From the NCBI GenBank assembly GCA_004431415.1, contig QPMI01000428.1:124001-188000 (forward strand): a stretch of DNA of 64,000 bases. Direction: 5' to 3'. A program made the position numbers and the translations under genes. The DNA is from Cyanophora paradoxa CCMP329 (lineage: Eukaryota > Plantae > Glaucophyta). The notes beneath the pieces are model-generated. The model was not told where the DNA came from. It did no database searches and saw nothing but the letters and a program-made list of their open reading frames with translations. Shown here piece after piece: positions 35,301 through 50,300 of the stretch; positions within the stretch are counted from its first letter, which is position 1; each line of letters begins with the position of its first letter.

Positions 35301-38300
35301 CGATCAACGGCTCGGCGACTCTGACGACTGCCGACCTGACCTTCCCCATCTCGACGACGGGCGCGACCGCCACGTTCTCGAGCCTGGCGGCAGACTCGAG
35401 CACGGGCGGCCTCTCGTTCAGCGTCGAGCCCACCAGCGCCGGCAGCTCCTCCTGGGCCTTCGAGCTGGCGGCCTGCGGTACTCTGGAGACGGTCTCCATC
35501 GATCTGATCGACAAGCCGGTCCTGTCCTGCCCCGCAGTCTCGGCCATCGGCGCAAAGGTGCTTCGAATTCAGGACGAGCTCGAGCGCGCGAAACCACGGC
35601 GCTAATTGTAATGCGTGATCAGGTTGCCTGCACCGTCAACGGCACGAGCGCTGGCCCGGGCTTCAGCTCGTCGTGGCTGGGCGCCCCCTTCGTGCAGGCT
35701 CCGGATGCGGGCATCTTCACGGGATACTCGCTGAAGGCAGCGAACGTTTACTACTTCAATTTCACCAACACGAACGGGTTCGCTCTTATATTCAATTGCA
35801 AGTTGCTTGCGATTGCCCCTGCGCGAGAAGCTGAACTGGAGCGCAGGACTTCGGCGACCGTGTACATCGACTTCGCAAAGAGCCTCATCAATACCACCAC
35901 GACGGACGTCAATGGCACTGCGACGGCCGCGTCGGTGAGCCGTGCGGCGCGCTCTTAGCTTGAAATCGTCTCTTATCACGACCGCCGCCCTCGCAGATTC
36001 GGATCGGTTCGGCGTCCCTATCGTACGTCAGCGCGTCCGTGTCGTGCTCGCGCACAACTATCCTGGCCGCCGCGCGGGCGGCCTGCTTCCTGAACAAGAC
36101 CGCGAGCTCGGCGGCCTTCCCGAGCGCGGACGTCTTCAGCATCACGAGCAGCAACGCCAGCCGCGCGTCGATCGGCGCCGTCTCTCTCGTCGACGGCACC
36201 AACGGAGCCGTGGTCCGCATTTGTACTCGTCCGCAGTCTGACACGTATGCCATGATGTGTACACCACTGACGCCCGACCTTCCAGGCCACTTTCGATGTC
36301 ATCGCGGCCAACAACGCGCCCGTCAGCACCATCACTGTCTCGGCGCAGTTCGCCAACATGGGCGGCTACGACCTGAACAGCGCAGCGATCACCGGCTCTC
36401 CCATCACGATTTCCCTTGTGCGGCATCATTCGAGTGCATCGTAATCTCTCATTGAGCTCGCCTGATGCGTCGCCTGCAGACGCGTCCCGTCGTCAACGGA
36501 ACGCTTTCGTGCCAGCGATCTCGCATCAACGCCGTTGGTGGCCGGAGTCTCTGTGTGATAAACAAGACAGAGACCAGCGCGAAGTTCCCTGCAAGCAGTC
36601 TTTTCGCGGTCACAAGCTCCGCCACATCCAGCGCAACCATCGGGCCGATCACCATTGTGGACGACGGAAATGCGGTGCGCGGGTTCCCGGACACGTGCGA
36701 TCTGAATCGACTCGACGCTCATGTCGTTTAATTTCTGCAGGCTACATTCGAGGTCATCGGCGTGTCCACCGGCTCTGCCAGCTCTGTAACCATCACGGCG
36801 GCCTTCACGGACCTGGAAGCGCTCGTCCTGCAGAGCGCGGGGATCTCGGGCAGCGCGAGCATCACGCTCCTGCGCGCCACGGTCGCCTGCACGCCGTCCC
36901 GCATGGTCTTCGGGCGCAACACGACGTGCACGGTCTCCGGGACCGGGCTCCAGAGCGCCGACCTCGCCTCCGCCTCGGTCGGATCGGCCGCCGCGACCCT
37001 CGCCGGGCTGTCCTTCACGCTGCCCCCCGCCCTCGGAAACAGCACTGTCACCGTTGATTTCGCCAGCGGCGGCACAGGCCCGACGACCACAGTGGCCGCC
37101 ATCCAGGTCCAGTCGCTCACTTGCAACAAGACCCGCCTGCAGACCGGATGCTCGACACTGTGTAACTTGAACCCAGGTCCGCTCACGATTCTCGAAGTTC
37201 TCGGAGGTCTTTCTGACTGCTCGCTTGCAGCGACTGGCTCTCCAGCCCTGCTGACGACGGACGCGACCGTGTCCGGCAACCCTACCCTGTCGGCCGTGGA
37301 CGGCGGCTTGCAGTTCACGTACACTGGTAATCGCGCCGTTTTCTTCGACCACCGCGCGTTCTCGCTCGAGCTTGCGGCAGGATCGTTGGGCGGTGGAGAC
37401 GCGGGGGCCAACCTGGTACGTCCCATTTGCGCTGTGAAGAGAGAGTTTCACTGTCCGCCAATACCAATGCACGCCTAGACGTTTGCCTACACCGCCTCGG
37501 TCGATGGAACGAGCGTCTCTACGTCTTCAATTTACGCGAACATCGTCACGGTTCGCCCTCCGAATCGCATGTCTTGATTTTCCGAGAGCCTTCCTGAGAT
37601 GGACTCTGGCAGCTCTCTGCGACGCTGCAATGCGGCTTGCCCCTCTCCAGCGACTTCAAGCTCCTGCGCTCCAATGCGTACACCCCCTCGTCTCCGCCTC
37701 CGTACACCTGCGTGCTCTCGAAGGCCGCCGGCTCCGGGTCGCTGGCCGTCTCGGATCTGACGACGCTCTCGGCCACCGGGGCCGCCACCACGCTCTCAGG
37801 CGTCGTCGTCAACGGGAACGGGGGCCTGAACTTCTCCGCCACGCCCACCGTCGGGGGCACGGCCACCTGGACCCTCACGCTCCAGACGTGCTCCAGCCCG
37901 CTCATCACTAAGACCGTGGATGTCATCGGCCCTATCCAGATGTCGTGCCACAACGTCACCGCAGTTGGCGCCAAGGTAGTCCTAGCCCGCTTCTCATTCC
38001 GATCAGCCGTCGGCCCAAGACTGAGCGCGGCCGCGGCCGCCCGCCCGCGCAGATTCGCTGCACTCTGAACGCGACGGAGCCGAGCGCGGCCTACGGGACA
38101 TCGCTTGGGGCGCCCTACGTAGAGTCTCCTGAGGCCGGCACCTTCTCCGCCCTCACCTCCGTCGGAACCGCGAACGCCGCGGGCATCGGCGAGGCACACT
38201 ATTTCGACTTCGAAGCGACTTCCTTGTCGAGGCTCGCTCGCGCTCGCCTATGAATTGCGCTAGACCGACTCTTAACTTTGCCGAGCAGCCTGGGAACTGC

Positions 38301-41300
38301 TACGGTGAAGTTGGACTTCCTTCAGACCGTCATCCAGACGATTGCGAACAACACAGCCAGCAAGGTTCCCGCGCGCCAATCTAGAGCCGATGTCGATGTC
38401 GCGCCGTCGATGTCAGGCGGCCCCTAACGGCGCCGCGTGCGCAGCTCCTGGTGGCCTCCTCCAAGATAACCTACATCGCAGCGACGGTCTCGTGCGCGCA
38501 AACCAGCGTCAACGCCTCCGCCGGCGCGACCGTCTGCTTCCTGAACAAGACGGCGGCCTCCGCCGCCTTCCCGTCCACCTCCTTCTTCATGCCGATCATC
38601 AACCACCCGGGGCGCCTCACCGTCGGGCCCGTAACAATCACCCCTGGGACGAACTCCACCTCGGTGCGCGCAGCGGGCGTCTCGCCTCCAAAGTCTTTGC
38701 TCGCGCGTCTTAATCCTAGGCCTGCTCGAACTCCGCAGGCGTACTTCACGCTCAGGGCGGCGGACTACCCCAATCCGGTCGGGACGTACTCCATTTCGGT
38801 GGCGTACACCGGGCTGAGCGGGGTCAATCTGGCGCCCGCCAACGTGTCGGGCGGCCCCTTCGCGATTCAATTCACGCGCCCGTCCGTCGGAGCTGCGGTC
38901 AACTGCGTCTCCACCCGCGTCCATTTGAGGGGCGGCTCGATCCGCTGCTACATCAACGCGACCGGGACGGCGTTCCCCAGCCAGGCCACCCTATCCACCA
39001 ATGTGCGCGCGCGCTTCTGTTCTGAGTGCTTTCGAAGCCAACTACGCGCCTGAGGGTGTTTCTTAGGTTCTTTTCACTGTTTCGTATAACGGCGGTTTCT
39101 CGCTGTCGAGCACAATGTCGGCGATCACTTACGTGTCGGGATCCAACTGGCGAGCCGTGCGTCGCCACATGCCCGGCCCTTTTCCTTTCTCTCGCCCTCT
39201 CACACCTCGAGCTCCCTCCAGGCGACGTTCGTGCTTTACGGGTACGGGTCCGGCGGCGTCGGAGGCGTCGTCAACGTCACGGTCGACTACAACGCCGCCG
39301 TGCTCGGCCCCGGCTTCTTCAACGACATCGACACGACGCCTATCGTCAACTCGCCTCTCGAAATCAGCGTCCTCGACGCACAGTTCACCTGCGATGGGCG
39401 GCGCATTGCGCTCACGAAGACTTTGTCCTGCAACATCACCGCGCGCGAGAGTTCACCCGCTATCCTTCTCTCCGATCTCGTCCCGGGTAGCATCAGCGCG
39501 CTTGTGCCGAACATTTCTCCCGAGGTAAAATCATCCACGTTAATCGCGGCTCTAAGCAAGCTCTCTTTCGACTGGACACCGACAAACGCCGGGGGCGCCG
39601 GACTCACCGCCACGTCGGCATCCATGGGCGACAATGGGGCCCGCACCCTTCAAGTTTCCTTCGTTACCGGCGGCGTAGCCACGGCTTCCATCTTCGTGCT
39701 CGCGGCCGACGGAAGCAGATTCATATGCCCATTGTGCGCCCTCGATCGCTCCATATGTATAGGACGTGCTGTTGCTGATCCGGTTCACAGGACGCGGCAA
39801 ACCGCGAACTGCACCCAGACGTGTTATATCGATCAAGGTGAGACGGATCTGTTCGCCCACTCTTGCGATTGTAACCTGCTAACCTCATGTACGACGCAGT
39901 AAGATATACGGACTCTTATGATGGCAATGTAATCAAATCCCGCTCTGTATCCCTCCTTCCTGAGGACTTCGTTGTCGCGGCGACCCACGGAACCGTCTCC
40001 AACATTCGCGTTGCACAAGTGACAAACAATCACGTCACCAACTCCTACTCCCCATCGCAATACTACGCGCTCTACTTCGATTACACAGGCAAATTCCCCC
40101 TAGATCTGATTCCCGCTCGAGATCTAGAATCTCGCTGACGAAGACCCCAGCTGCCCTCGGGTTGGGAGACACCGCTGCGAGCATTTCCGTTTCTTACAGC
40201 AGTTCCGTTGGTGGCGGGGCTCTGGGTTCAGCGCATTCTGTTAAAGCGGTACGTCGACTCTCGTCGCTCATGACCGCTAGGGTTTGTAGCTCGGCCATCC
40301 GTATGACCGGTGCCCCTGGACACGCGCAGCTGTGGGCGGAGAATCTTCGCTGCGGCCGCATCAATAATACCGCCCCGAACCAAGGCCTGTTCACTAACTT
40401 CAGGCTCCTGCACAACGCGTTGCAGCCCATCCAGTACGATTGCGTTGTTGACAAGGCTGCTGGCAGCGCGACCCTCCTGGCGTCAGACCTCTACCGGTCT
40501 ATACAAACCGAAATCTATCCCGGATCGAACACCTACTACGCCATGCTGGGCAGCGTAGAGCAATCGTCCAGCCCAGGCCCCATCGGCCTCAAGTGGAAGA
40601 TTACGCCAACGTCCACGGGAGTCAGGCCTTGGGCGCTCTACTTCACTCACGACGTGAGTACGTGCGGGCGTCCCTTCGACACCCGAAACGTGCAGTACAT
40701 CTCGGTGTCCCTGATATGCCCGTCTATCGTTTACGCCCCCAACGACACCGGGCACTGCAACATCACGGCCCAGGGGATCGAGCCGCCCCTGCTGCCCTCC
40801 TTCTTCTCCACCAGCTCGGACCGCGTCGCTGAATTCGGGAGCATCCTACCCGCGGACGAGAACTCGACGATCCTGACGTTCTCGTTCCGGACGATCAGCA
40901 CGGAACCTCCGAGCAGCACGGACCCCTACGCCCCGCGTGGGTTCATCAGGCTGGAACTCGACAACGCTCAGATCTTAGTGCCGGAGGGCTACACTGAATT
41001 CTACACGAGGGCGAATCTGTTCTCAGTTTGTGAGCTCCCGTTGCCATCTCTGGGATCCAACTTTCTCTCGTGAACTTTCGTCTGCTTGCAGATATCACAG
41101 GAATCTCCTGCGATCGTTACGTCACAATCGTGCGTGCATGACCTTCTTTGTTTTGCGAGCGCGCTTTCTCAAGTGCGCTCCACTCGCAGAACTACGAGAA
41201 AATTTCGTGCACGCTCTTCAAATCGACGCACTCATCCCTCCTAAGCCACACGGACTTCACCACTGTGGTCACAAACAATACAGTCCCGTCCGGCTATGTT

Positions 41301-44300
41301 TCAAACGTAGTGTACTATTCGGGGGGGGATTCGGTCGGCGCCGTCTTCCACACCTACGCGTCTGGGCTCGGGCTTGTGGAGCAGACCTGGTACTACAAGC
41401 GCACCGGCGAGCAGATCCTGACCCCGCAAACATTCTCCATCATCGGCGCCGAGCTCCGCTGCGACCGCTCGCGGGTCGCTCGAGGCGACCGGACCAACTG
41501 CTGGATTCAGGCGCTGCCGAACTCGGCGCCGCTGCACAACAGCTACTTCAATCTTGTCGAACCCTACCGATACCTCACGGGTTCCTCCACAGCGAGCACG
41601 TGGACCAACCAAGTGCGCCTCTAGAGCTATCTGCTCGATCCTGTTTCGAATTGAGATCTCAACCCCCTGCTCGCGCAAGGACACGTGGTGCGAGGCGGGG
41701 ACCTGCGCGGGCGGATACTGGCAATGCCCGCCGGGCATTCCGAACCAGCAACGGTTTGATGAAAAGTTCGGTGCGTGCCGCTTTTGTTTTATGACTAGAT
41801 GTGATGCGAGCGTGGATCAATTGTGGTGTGACCCGCTTCTTGCGCAGATGGCGGTAGCATCGCGATTGATAGCGTGTCCCGCGTGCCCCAATTCGACTTT
41901 GGGACCGGAGGCAACAAGAGCATTGAGATCCCAATCTTGTTTGGAGTGCCCTATCGCTACCCGTGCGTTTGCACTCGTCATCCGACCCTCCCCTAGGCCT
42001 CTCCTGACGCTTCCACAAAAGGGTGTCGTCGCTGCGCATTTGGTGGTCTGCAGACGTGACTGGTCCGGAATCTACTGACTACTACCAGGACAAGATGATC
42101 TCCGTGTCCGTCGACGTCGCTGATGGTGCGCGCAAAATAGAAACAACACTAGTTATTTTGCCTTCGCGGCGCAGCGGGGGGCGGGGCGCGAGGGGGCGGG
42201 CGGCAGGCGGGCATCGTTTTAATCTCTCTGGGCCCCGCGCGCAGTGGACGCGACGGCGGTCGTGTGCAGCCCGCAGTCCGACCGCTCGTGGCTGGGCAGC
42301 TCGTCGGCCTTCGAGACCACCTGCGCCATCAAGAAGCGGGCGACATCCTCGTGCGCATGCTTTCGGCCCGCCCTCCGCTTCGCCGCACATGCATCGCGTG
42401 ACGTCGTACGTCACCGCGCAACAGGCACACCGTGGAGGATTCGCGCTGCATCTGCACGTGCTCTCCCACGACCACCAATCAGTGCTCAGGTATACGTACC
42501 CCAGAATGCCATGGCCCGCGGTGCTTTCCGCGTTCTTAACTATCGCTTGTCCGCGTCGGTCCAGGTTTGTATCAAGTCCCGGTCCAGACGGGATCCTCGT
42601 GTAGCGGATATGGCTGCGATGCGTCCAATTCAAACTACCCACCGCGGACCTACTCGAGTCCGCTCTATTATCTTCGGTTCTTTCTTTTTCGATGATAGCT
42701 GAAAGCATATGCAGTCCAGGAGTCGGTTTCCGACCTGCTCTTATCCGACTTCGACTTGGCTGTGCGTCGTTCTTTTTTGCTTTTCTTGCGGCTGATCATG
42801 ATCGATATCGTGAACCCTGACTTCCGCCCCCTCTGCATTTGCGGCACAAATTCAAAGGCCGCCGGTTCGTGAAAGCATAGCGGACGTGTGATACGACATT
42901 TTTAGTGAACTCTCTGACAGTTCCCGAGCAGGTATATCCGCGGTTGTTCCGAGTTCAGGATTCGCGGACCCCTCTGACGGTTCCATCAAGGTCCGCAGTG
43001 TCTTTGAGCCAGCTCGGAACCTGGAAGCAGGGCAGCAGCGCAAATCCTATAGCTAGATTACGGACCAAAAACGCGCTCAATGTGTCTATAGCTATAGATT
43101 GTCTATGGATTGATTCCGTTGTGCGCAGTTCACTCTCACTACACCAAGCTTGACGCCGACGGGCGGTATGAACCTCTCCATCCCATGGAACTCCACGTTC
43201 TCCACCTCGGTCATCGCCCCCATCACCTTCCGCATCGGTGCTTCAATGTCCTTTCGCGTGTCTTTCGCTCGGCTGATTGCACGTGGTCGGCAGTGGACGC
43301 GACGGTCTCAACGGCGAGCTGCCTCACCGACCGCACCATCCTGGTCGCCAACTCTCCCGTGAACTGCACCATCAGTGCGCGAGCAATTTAATTAGCGACT
43401 CCTGCTTCAAGCTGCGGAAATGATAGTGATCGATATCTGACTCGCGAGCGCTCAGCGCCTGCCGGAGGCTCGGACTTCGTCAACTGGGACAGCAGCAGTG
43501 CGAACCCGGATGACAAGGACTTCGTCGCCTATGGTGCGGCCTCTTCGATGCCGACCGACTGCGCATGCTCGCTAGCAAAGTTGATGCCCGCGCAGTTGGT
43601 GACAACTTGGCGATTTCAACGAGCAGCATCGGCACAGGGGGGAATCCCGTGACGTTCACCGTGATGCCTCTGCAGGGCCGCGACAGCACCCAGACAGTGT
43701 CGGTAGGCTTCAGGAACGCGGACGGCTCCAGCGTCGGCCGCGAAATCTGGCGGGGCACAGTGAAGGGCATCGCGGACTACAACATCCAGTGCGGCAACGT
43801 CAACTTCTTGTACGGCGACGCGGCCTCGGTTGGTTCCGCTCGTCACGCCGACGGCTACTACAGGATTCCTGGTGCGGGGCGATCTGGCCTCTGCGGCTCC
43901 GGATCCGAGCGAATTTCGCTTGTGCTGACTTTGCGGCAGTTGGTACCAGCGCGACCTGCACGCTGACCGCGTTCGACCAGAGCCCGCGCCTGGCCGCGTC
44001 CAACTTCGAGTACGACGAGCCGGCCTCCCCCGCCGGCGCGACCTCCGCGCTCGTCGGCGTCGGCACTGCCTCGGCCTCCGCCAACGTGGACGGGACCGCC
44101 TTCTGCACGACGGACTGCTTCCAGAGCTTTGCGTTCGACCACGTTGCGCCCGGCCTCCCGTCGGCGCCTTCCACCGAGTTCGGCATCCGCATCAAATACG
44201 ACACCGGTCTCGACAAGGCCGTCTCTGGCTACGCTCGTGTGGAAGGTATGCACATGTGCTCTCCTCGTCGTGAGTTTGGCATGGCGAGTCTTAAGATTGC

Positions 44301-47300
44301 CTTCCCTTCTTGCAGGCACGCGAGTCAAGCAGGCGAGGTTCAACTTCTCCTACATCGGGGTCGCCTCGTACTCGTGCTTGCCCCCCATCCTCGCGTACGG
44401 ATACCGCGGCGTCTGCTCGGTCGACCTGCTGGCGAACACGGACGCCGTCTCCGTGGCCGATCGTCGGGACAGCGACGCGCCCGGTCTCTACGATCTCCTA
44501 TCGGCTGCGTACGTGCTTTCTTCGTATCTTCCATGGACTGCGGCAGCGATTGCGGTCCGCTTACCGTGAGCCTTTGTTTCGATCAGCCCTGCTGGCATCC
44601 GCGTCGAGTGGCCGAAGGTTAACGGCACGTTCACATCAAATGTGCGTTTGCTCGGATAACGTGCACCTCTTAAACCGCCTTCGTACTTCTGGTTTTCTTG
44701 CAATCGTTGCCATTGACCTTTCCTGTTGACCGGTCACAGCCCGTTGCAATCGTGACCGTTGAGCCGACGTACTCGCGGTCTGCCTTCGACATCTTCTTGC
44801 AGTATAACAAGCCGCAAATAAACATCACGAGCTCCACGAACACAATTCAGGTTTTCCATGCTCATACGTATACCTCGTTATCAGTGCTGGTGCTTTCATA
44901 GGCCGCTGAAAAAGCACCGCGCAGGTCGTCGATGCGGAGATCACTCTCCCGGCCAGCTACAGCGCGCTGTCGCAGGCTTTCACGTCGCTGAAATACGGGT
45001 ACCCCCTGAATCCCTACACCCGAAGGCTCGCCATCCCCCTCGGCGAGTCGTTCTGGTTCCAGTGCGCAATTTCGGATCATCGTCTGCCGCAGCGCGCTGT
45101 CGTTGGGATTCGTCGCTGATTCGCTCTTTTCGATGGCTTCCAGGATCTGCGCGAAGCCGTACAGTGCGGAGATCACGCCTGCATCTCATCTTGTTTTCAC
45201 ATGGGGCCCTTCGAACTCGCTCTCGCACGTTGTGGAGGCGACTCCGTTCTCGGGCGGGGCGTGCATCGTCGTCAACATTACCGCCATTGCACCGACGCCC
45301 GCGAGCATCGATTATCTGACGCCGCTGAAAGTGGATGCCGGCTTTGGCCTGCTCCCAGACCGCACACAGAGCACTTGCTCTCCGTCCGCAAACGAGTATT
45401 CTTCGAATCTCGACGATCTCGCAGCAGGCGGCTACGAAGTGTACGCTCGCATGTACCTACGTCGAAGGCACACCGCATGACACCTTATCGCAGGTTCAAG
45501 GCGGGCTGGAACACAAGCCTGACGTCCGGCGGAAATTCTCCCGCATCGTACAGCACCTACCCCTTGCTCATCGGAGCGACGCCAACCGCTGTGGCATACG
45601 GCACCGCGGAACTCGTCGGTACCGATAGCGCGCTCGCGCCGTCGACAGCCATCAGCCAGTTCCGGCGCTCGAGCGTGCGCGGCCGGCCCGTCTGCCTGAG
45701 ATCGTTTCCATTGCTCACCCCCCTCGTCTTCGCACGGCAGGCCTTCTTTGGCGGGTTCAACTACAAGGTTATTCCTCGGGTTTCGGCGACTGTCGTCTTC
45801 GACCCGGCCCGCTCCGTGCCGGGGGCATGGGTCAAAGCGACGCTCACGCCGGCGGACGGCGCGGGATTCCTGTCATTCAGCGATTTCAACCTTCTCGCGC
45901 CGTTTATCTACAAGGAGAAGCTCAACTCGGCGACGGGCAAGTACCGGGCCTGGTCCGCAGGCGCCGGCGGGAGCCTCACTCTTTTCCTGGAGGTTGCGTC
46001 GGGCGCGGCAACCGCGCAGCCTCTGAACCTGGCCTACAAATTCTACGATGCCACCCCTCTGAGCTTGAGGCGGAGGACGCTCGCCTCGACCGCCCAGCTC
46101 AGTCTCACGAGCACGCTGGCGATCCTCTCCATCCATTCCGTGACCTGCCCCAGCATGACCGCCAGCGGCAAATGCCGCGTCCCTGCGCCCGCTTGGAGGG
46201 TGCGCTCTGTCCCCTTATAGCTGTGCTTTTCTCTTGCTCAAGCGGGGCGCGCGCAGCAAATTTGCCCGCCCTTGCAAGGCTGCTACAACGTGCGTGAAAC
46301 CCGAAGCTGCGTAGGTTGTCAAAACCTTGACGAAACTGTTCAGGTTGAGGATTGCACGAGCGGAACCGCGCAAGGTACCACCTGCGTCCCTCACGGCTCG
46401 ATGTATGTCAGGGTGCGTAAGTTGCGAACCTCGAAATAGATACATTTTCTTGCAGATTCTGATGTCAACGGCACGCGGGCAGTGGGGGCCAAGCCCGCAA
46501 GGCAACGACATCGTCTTCAGCTCTAATACGTACGAGTCGTGGCCTCTGTTCCCAACCAACTTTGCCTACAAATGGTGGGAATTCAAAGTCACCGCATTCG
46601 ATTCGCCCGGGCTGACGCATTTTGCGCAGGATCGCTCCATATGGATCCCACTACACCTGGAACGCGACGGAACAGACTGCTCAAATTCTGTATCAGTCAG
46701 GCAGCTTTTACGGTATGCAGTGCAGCACCAGCTCGGGTGCCATCAAGATGTTGTGCGTGCCTTCACGATCATAACCACTCACTCGGGCGTTCCGTAACTT
46801 GCTAATTGACTCTCTGTGTCCAGCTGGAACTCGCAGAGCATGATGAATGCGGACCTTCTCTCCACTGATTCAAGCAGGAAAATCGAAGCCTTCCAAGCGG
46901 ACATTGTGCAGCTAATCCCGGCTGCCCCTCGCTGCCCGAAGTACCGAGCAGTCCGCGGCGCTACGGTGCGTTTTCCGTCATCATATACCGTTCAAGCTTA
47001 AGACTATTTGCATTCAAATTCGCTCTCAGTTCACCTGCTGGATTGGAGGCGCCGGAAACTACAACTCCGGATTTGGTGGAGCGTACACTCAGATAAACGC
47101 AGACTACTCGCTGTACGCCGAGGACTTCTTCATGGCGTCCTCGGCCGGCGTTGCCTTCTCCGGCATCCGGAACACCACCGACAAGGCCGGCGCGATCGAG
47201 GTCGACGCGACCATCGCAAACACGTCGCTGCCCGCGACGGCGTCCATCAGAGCGATGTGGTCCCAAAGCATTGTCGGCCCGGCCGGCAGCGTCGCGAACC

Positions 47301-50300
47301 TCGGCAGCCCTGAAAGCGTCATCACCATCGTCGACGCGCGCATTTGGTGCCCGTCTGCAATCTTCAAATACGGCGGTCTATCGGTGCGCCCTGGAGCTCA
47401 GAGTTCATGCGATGAAATATTGGATCCGGAGCGGCTGACGATGAGCATGCGCAGATCACTTGCATGCTGCTCTCCACAAACGGCGCATCGCTTCTTAAGT
47501 CGGACTTCGACACTGCCGCTAGCGATTTCATCACTTCCAACGCCAGCTTGACTATAAGCAACGGGAATAGCGCCTATGACGGCGGCTACGGGCGGGTGCG
47601 CTGGTTCTGCTTCCTAAAAATGCTCAAGCTTGGGACCGCTATTTGCTAGATCTGACGCGGCGCGATTTTAGGTCAACTTCACCGTCTCCGGGTTTTCGAC
47701 CCTGGCCACGGGCGCGACGTTCTCTCTCAGAGCGCGCTACAGTGAATACACCGTCGAAGGCGCCCTGAACATGTACACGGAGTTCTACACTTTCGGACCC
47801 ACAACAGACTTCAACCTGACGTGTTCTTCGCTCACCGTCCGTTACAAGCAGACGACGACCTGTACGGTACGAGCGAAAAAGAGCTCGAGGATCGCGATCG
47901 ATTGTCCCCGCGGTTACTGACATTCTGCGATGCAGGTCACGCAGACCGCTGGCTTCACGGTCGACTCGTCCTACTTCTACCCCGCCATTGTCGTGGACGC
48001 CTCGGGCAACGAGCTCAGCAGAGCGACCGTCCTGAACTGCACCGGCTACACGGACACGGCCGTCGGGAAGTTCCAGTTCACGTGCCAGAGCAACGCCCTG
48101 GAGCGCGCGGCCGGCACCTTCATCCGCGTCGCCTGGCGGGGCTCGGAGGGTGGCTACCTCCCCCAGGTCGCGGTCCGCCTCGTCCTGCCCATTACGACCT
48201 TCGCCTGCACGCCGACCCGCGTCGCCGTGGGCGACATCGTCTACTGCCTCCTCGCCTCTCCGGACGCGCCTCTGCCGCTCTCCATCATCTACGGCCAGAC
48301 CGCCGTGCCTAGCGCCCCGCTCAATCCGAACATGACGACGTCGAACTCGATCACCTGGTACTCGGGGTGGGCCGTCGGCGCCGGCGGCACGCTCTCCATC
48401 AACGGGACGGCGGCAATCGCGTCCCGCGTCGAGGGCGCGACCGCTCAGCTCGGGATCGAAAGCCCGATCAAGTACTCTCCCGCCGCGACCGTCGACATGG
48501 TGCAGGTGCAGAACATCACGTGCTCGCCGGGGACGCGCGTCGCGCTGGGGGCGACCGTCAGCTGCGTCGTGCACCCGAAGGCCACGTCCCCGTCGCTCCT
48601 GACCACCGACCTGGCCTTCAACCGCACGGACTGCCGCCCTTCCAACTACAGCGGCTCGCCGACCTTCTCGTCCTACACGAGTCTCGCCGCCGGCGCCGCG
48701 GGCACGCTCACGTTCACGTTCACGGCCGCCTCCATCAGCGGCGAGGACGCGACGACTCTGGCCGGATGCGTGGTGCCCATCGTTTACCAGCCCGCCATCT
48801 CCGCCTCGAGGAGCCTTGCCGCGTCCACTTCGTTCGTCACCGTCGCCGCTTCCGTGACCTGCCCGCCTGCGACGACGATCTTCAAATACGGATCGGTACC
48901 AGATTTCAATTGTACATGTGCCGCGGTCCTGTGAAACTCACTGCAACCGTCTGCCTCGCTCAGATTCTGTGCACGCTGGTGCCCACGACGGCGACCGGTT
49001 TGACCATCGGCGACTTCACGGAATCGACCCCCGTCACCAGCAACGTCAGCGTCAGCATCGGCGCGCTCACTTTGTGGTCGCCTGGCAGGGTACGTCGGTG
49101 TCGCTCCTTCTCCTTCGAGCCTCGCCTTGACATCCTTCGAATTCGCAGTTGAACTTCACGGTCGGCGCTTTCACGACCATCAATGACGGCAGCTTCTCGC
49201 TCAAGGCGCAGTACTCGACGAACGTGACCTCTGCCACGACCTACACGTCGACTTACGGCTTCGGGCCGGCCATCGACTTTACGTACTCGTGCACGCCCGC
49301 TCTGCTTGCGTACAACCACACGTCAGAGTGCACGGTGAGTGCGGTGCTCTTGGGTACATTTCCTCTTGCAGCGGCTGAAATTCGCGTTCAGCTCGCTCAA
49401 CGCGTGGGCGCCGCGCTGCCCAACACGTCGTCCTCGAACTTCCTGAGTCCCGTTCTCACGGACTCTTCGGCGCTGTTATGCACCTCGTACGTGGACACAG
49501 CCGACGGGCGCTTCCGGTTTAGCTGCCGCAGCGTCGTCGTCGACCGGCCCGTCCCGATGAGCGTCACTCTGACGTGGCGCGGCCCCGGCGGGGGCTCCCT
49601 CCCCGTCGTCAACCTGACCTTGTCGACCCCGACTTCCCTCTCGTGCACGCCGGCCCGCGTCGCCGTTGGAGATGCGATCAGCTGCACGCTCAGCGGCGCA
49701 AGTCAGCTTTACACCGCAATGACGACAGCTGCCAAGGTGGTCACCAGCACAACGAGCTCGCTCAGCGGCCTGACGGCCTGGACCGTCGTGGGTAGCAACC
49801 TCGTTATCAACGCCACCGTCAGCGCGGCCTCCAAGAACGAGACGATTCGGGCGGCCCTCATCGAAGGCCGGCAGTCCGGCGCTGCCTTCCTCGAGTTCGT
49901 GCAGGTCGACAACGTGACGTGCACGCCGGGGGCGCGGGTGGCCCTCGGGTCGAGCGTGACCTGCCACGTCTACCCGAAGCCCGCCTCGCCGGCGCTCCGC
50001 ACGACCGACCTGCAGCTCAACAGGACCAACTGTGGCGCGTCCGCCTCGACATTCGGCTCCCTCGCCGTCGGCAGCGCGCAGGAGGGCACTTTGTCGTTCA
50101 CGTTCAGCGCTTCGTCTCTTGCCGGAGACGACGCAACGGCCAGCGGCTGCGCCTTGCCCGTTCTGTACGGCTCGAGCATCTCTGCGCTCAGGAGCACTGC
50201 GGCGACGGTGACTCTGAAGACGATTTCCGCGAAAATATCGTGCGATTCGCCCATCTTCAAGTACGGAACGGTGCGCGGATTATCTGCCCGTGTATATGTT

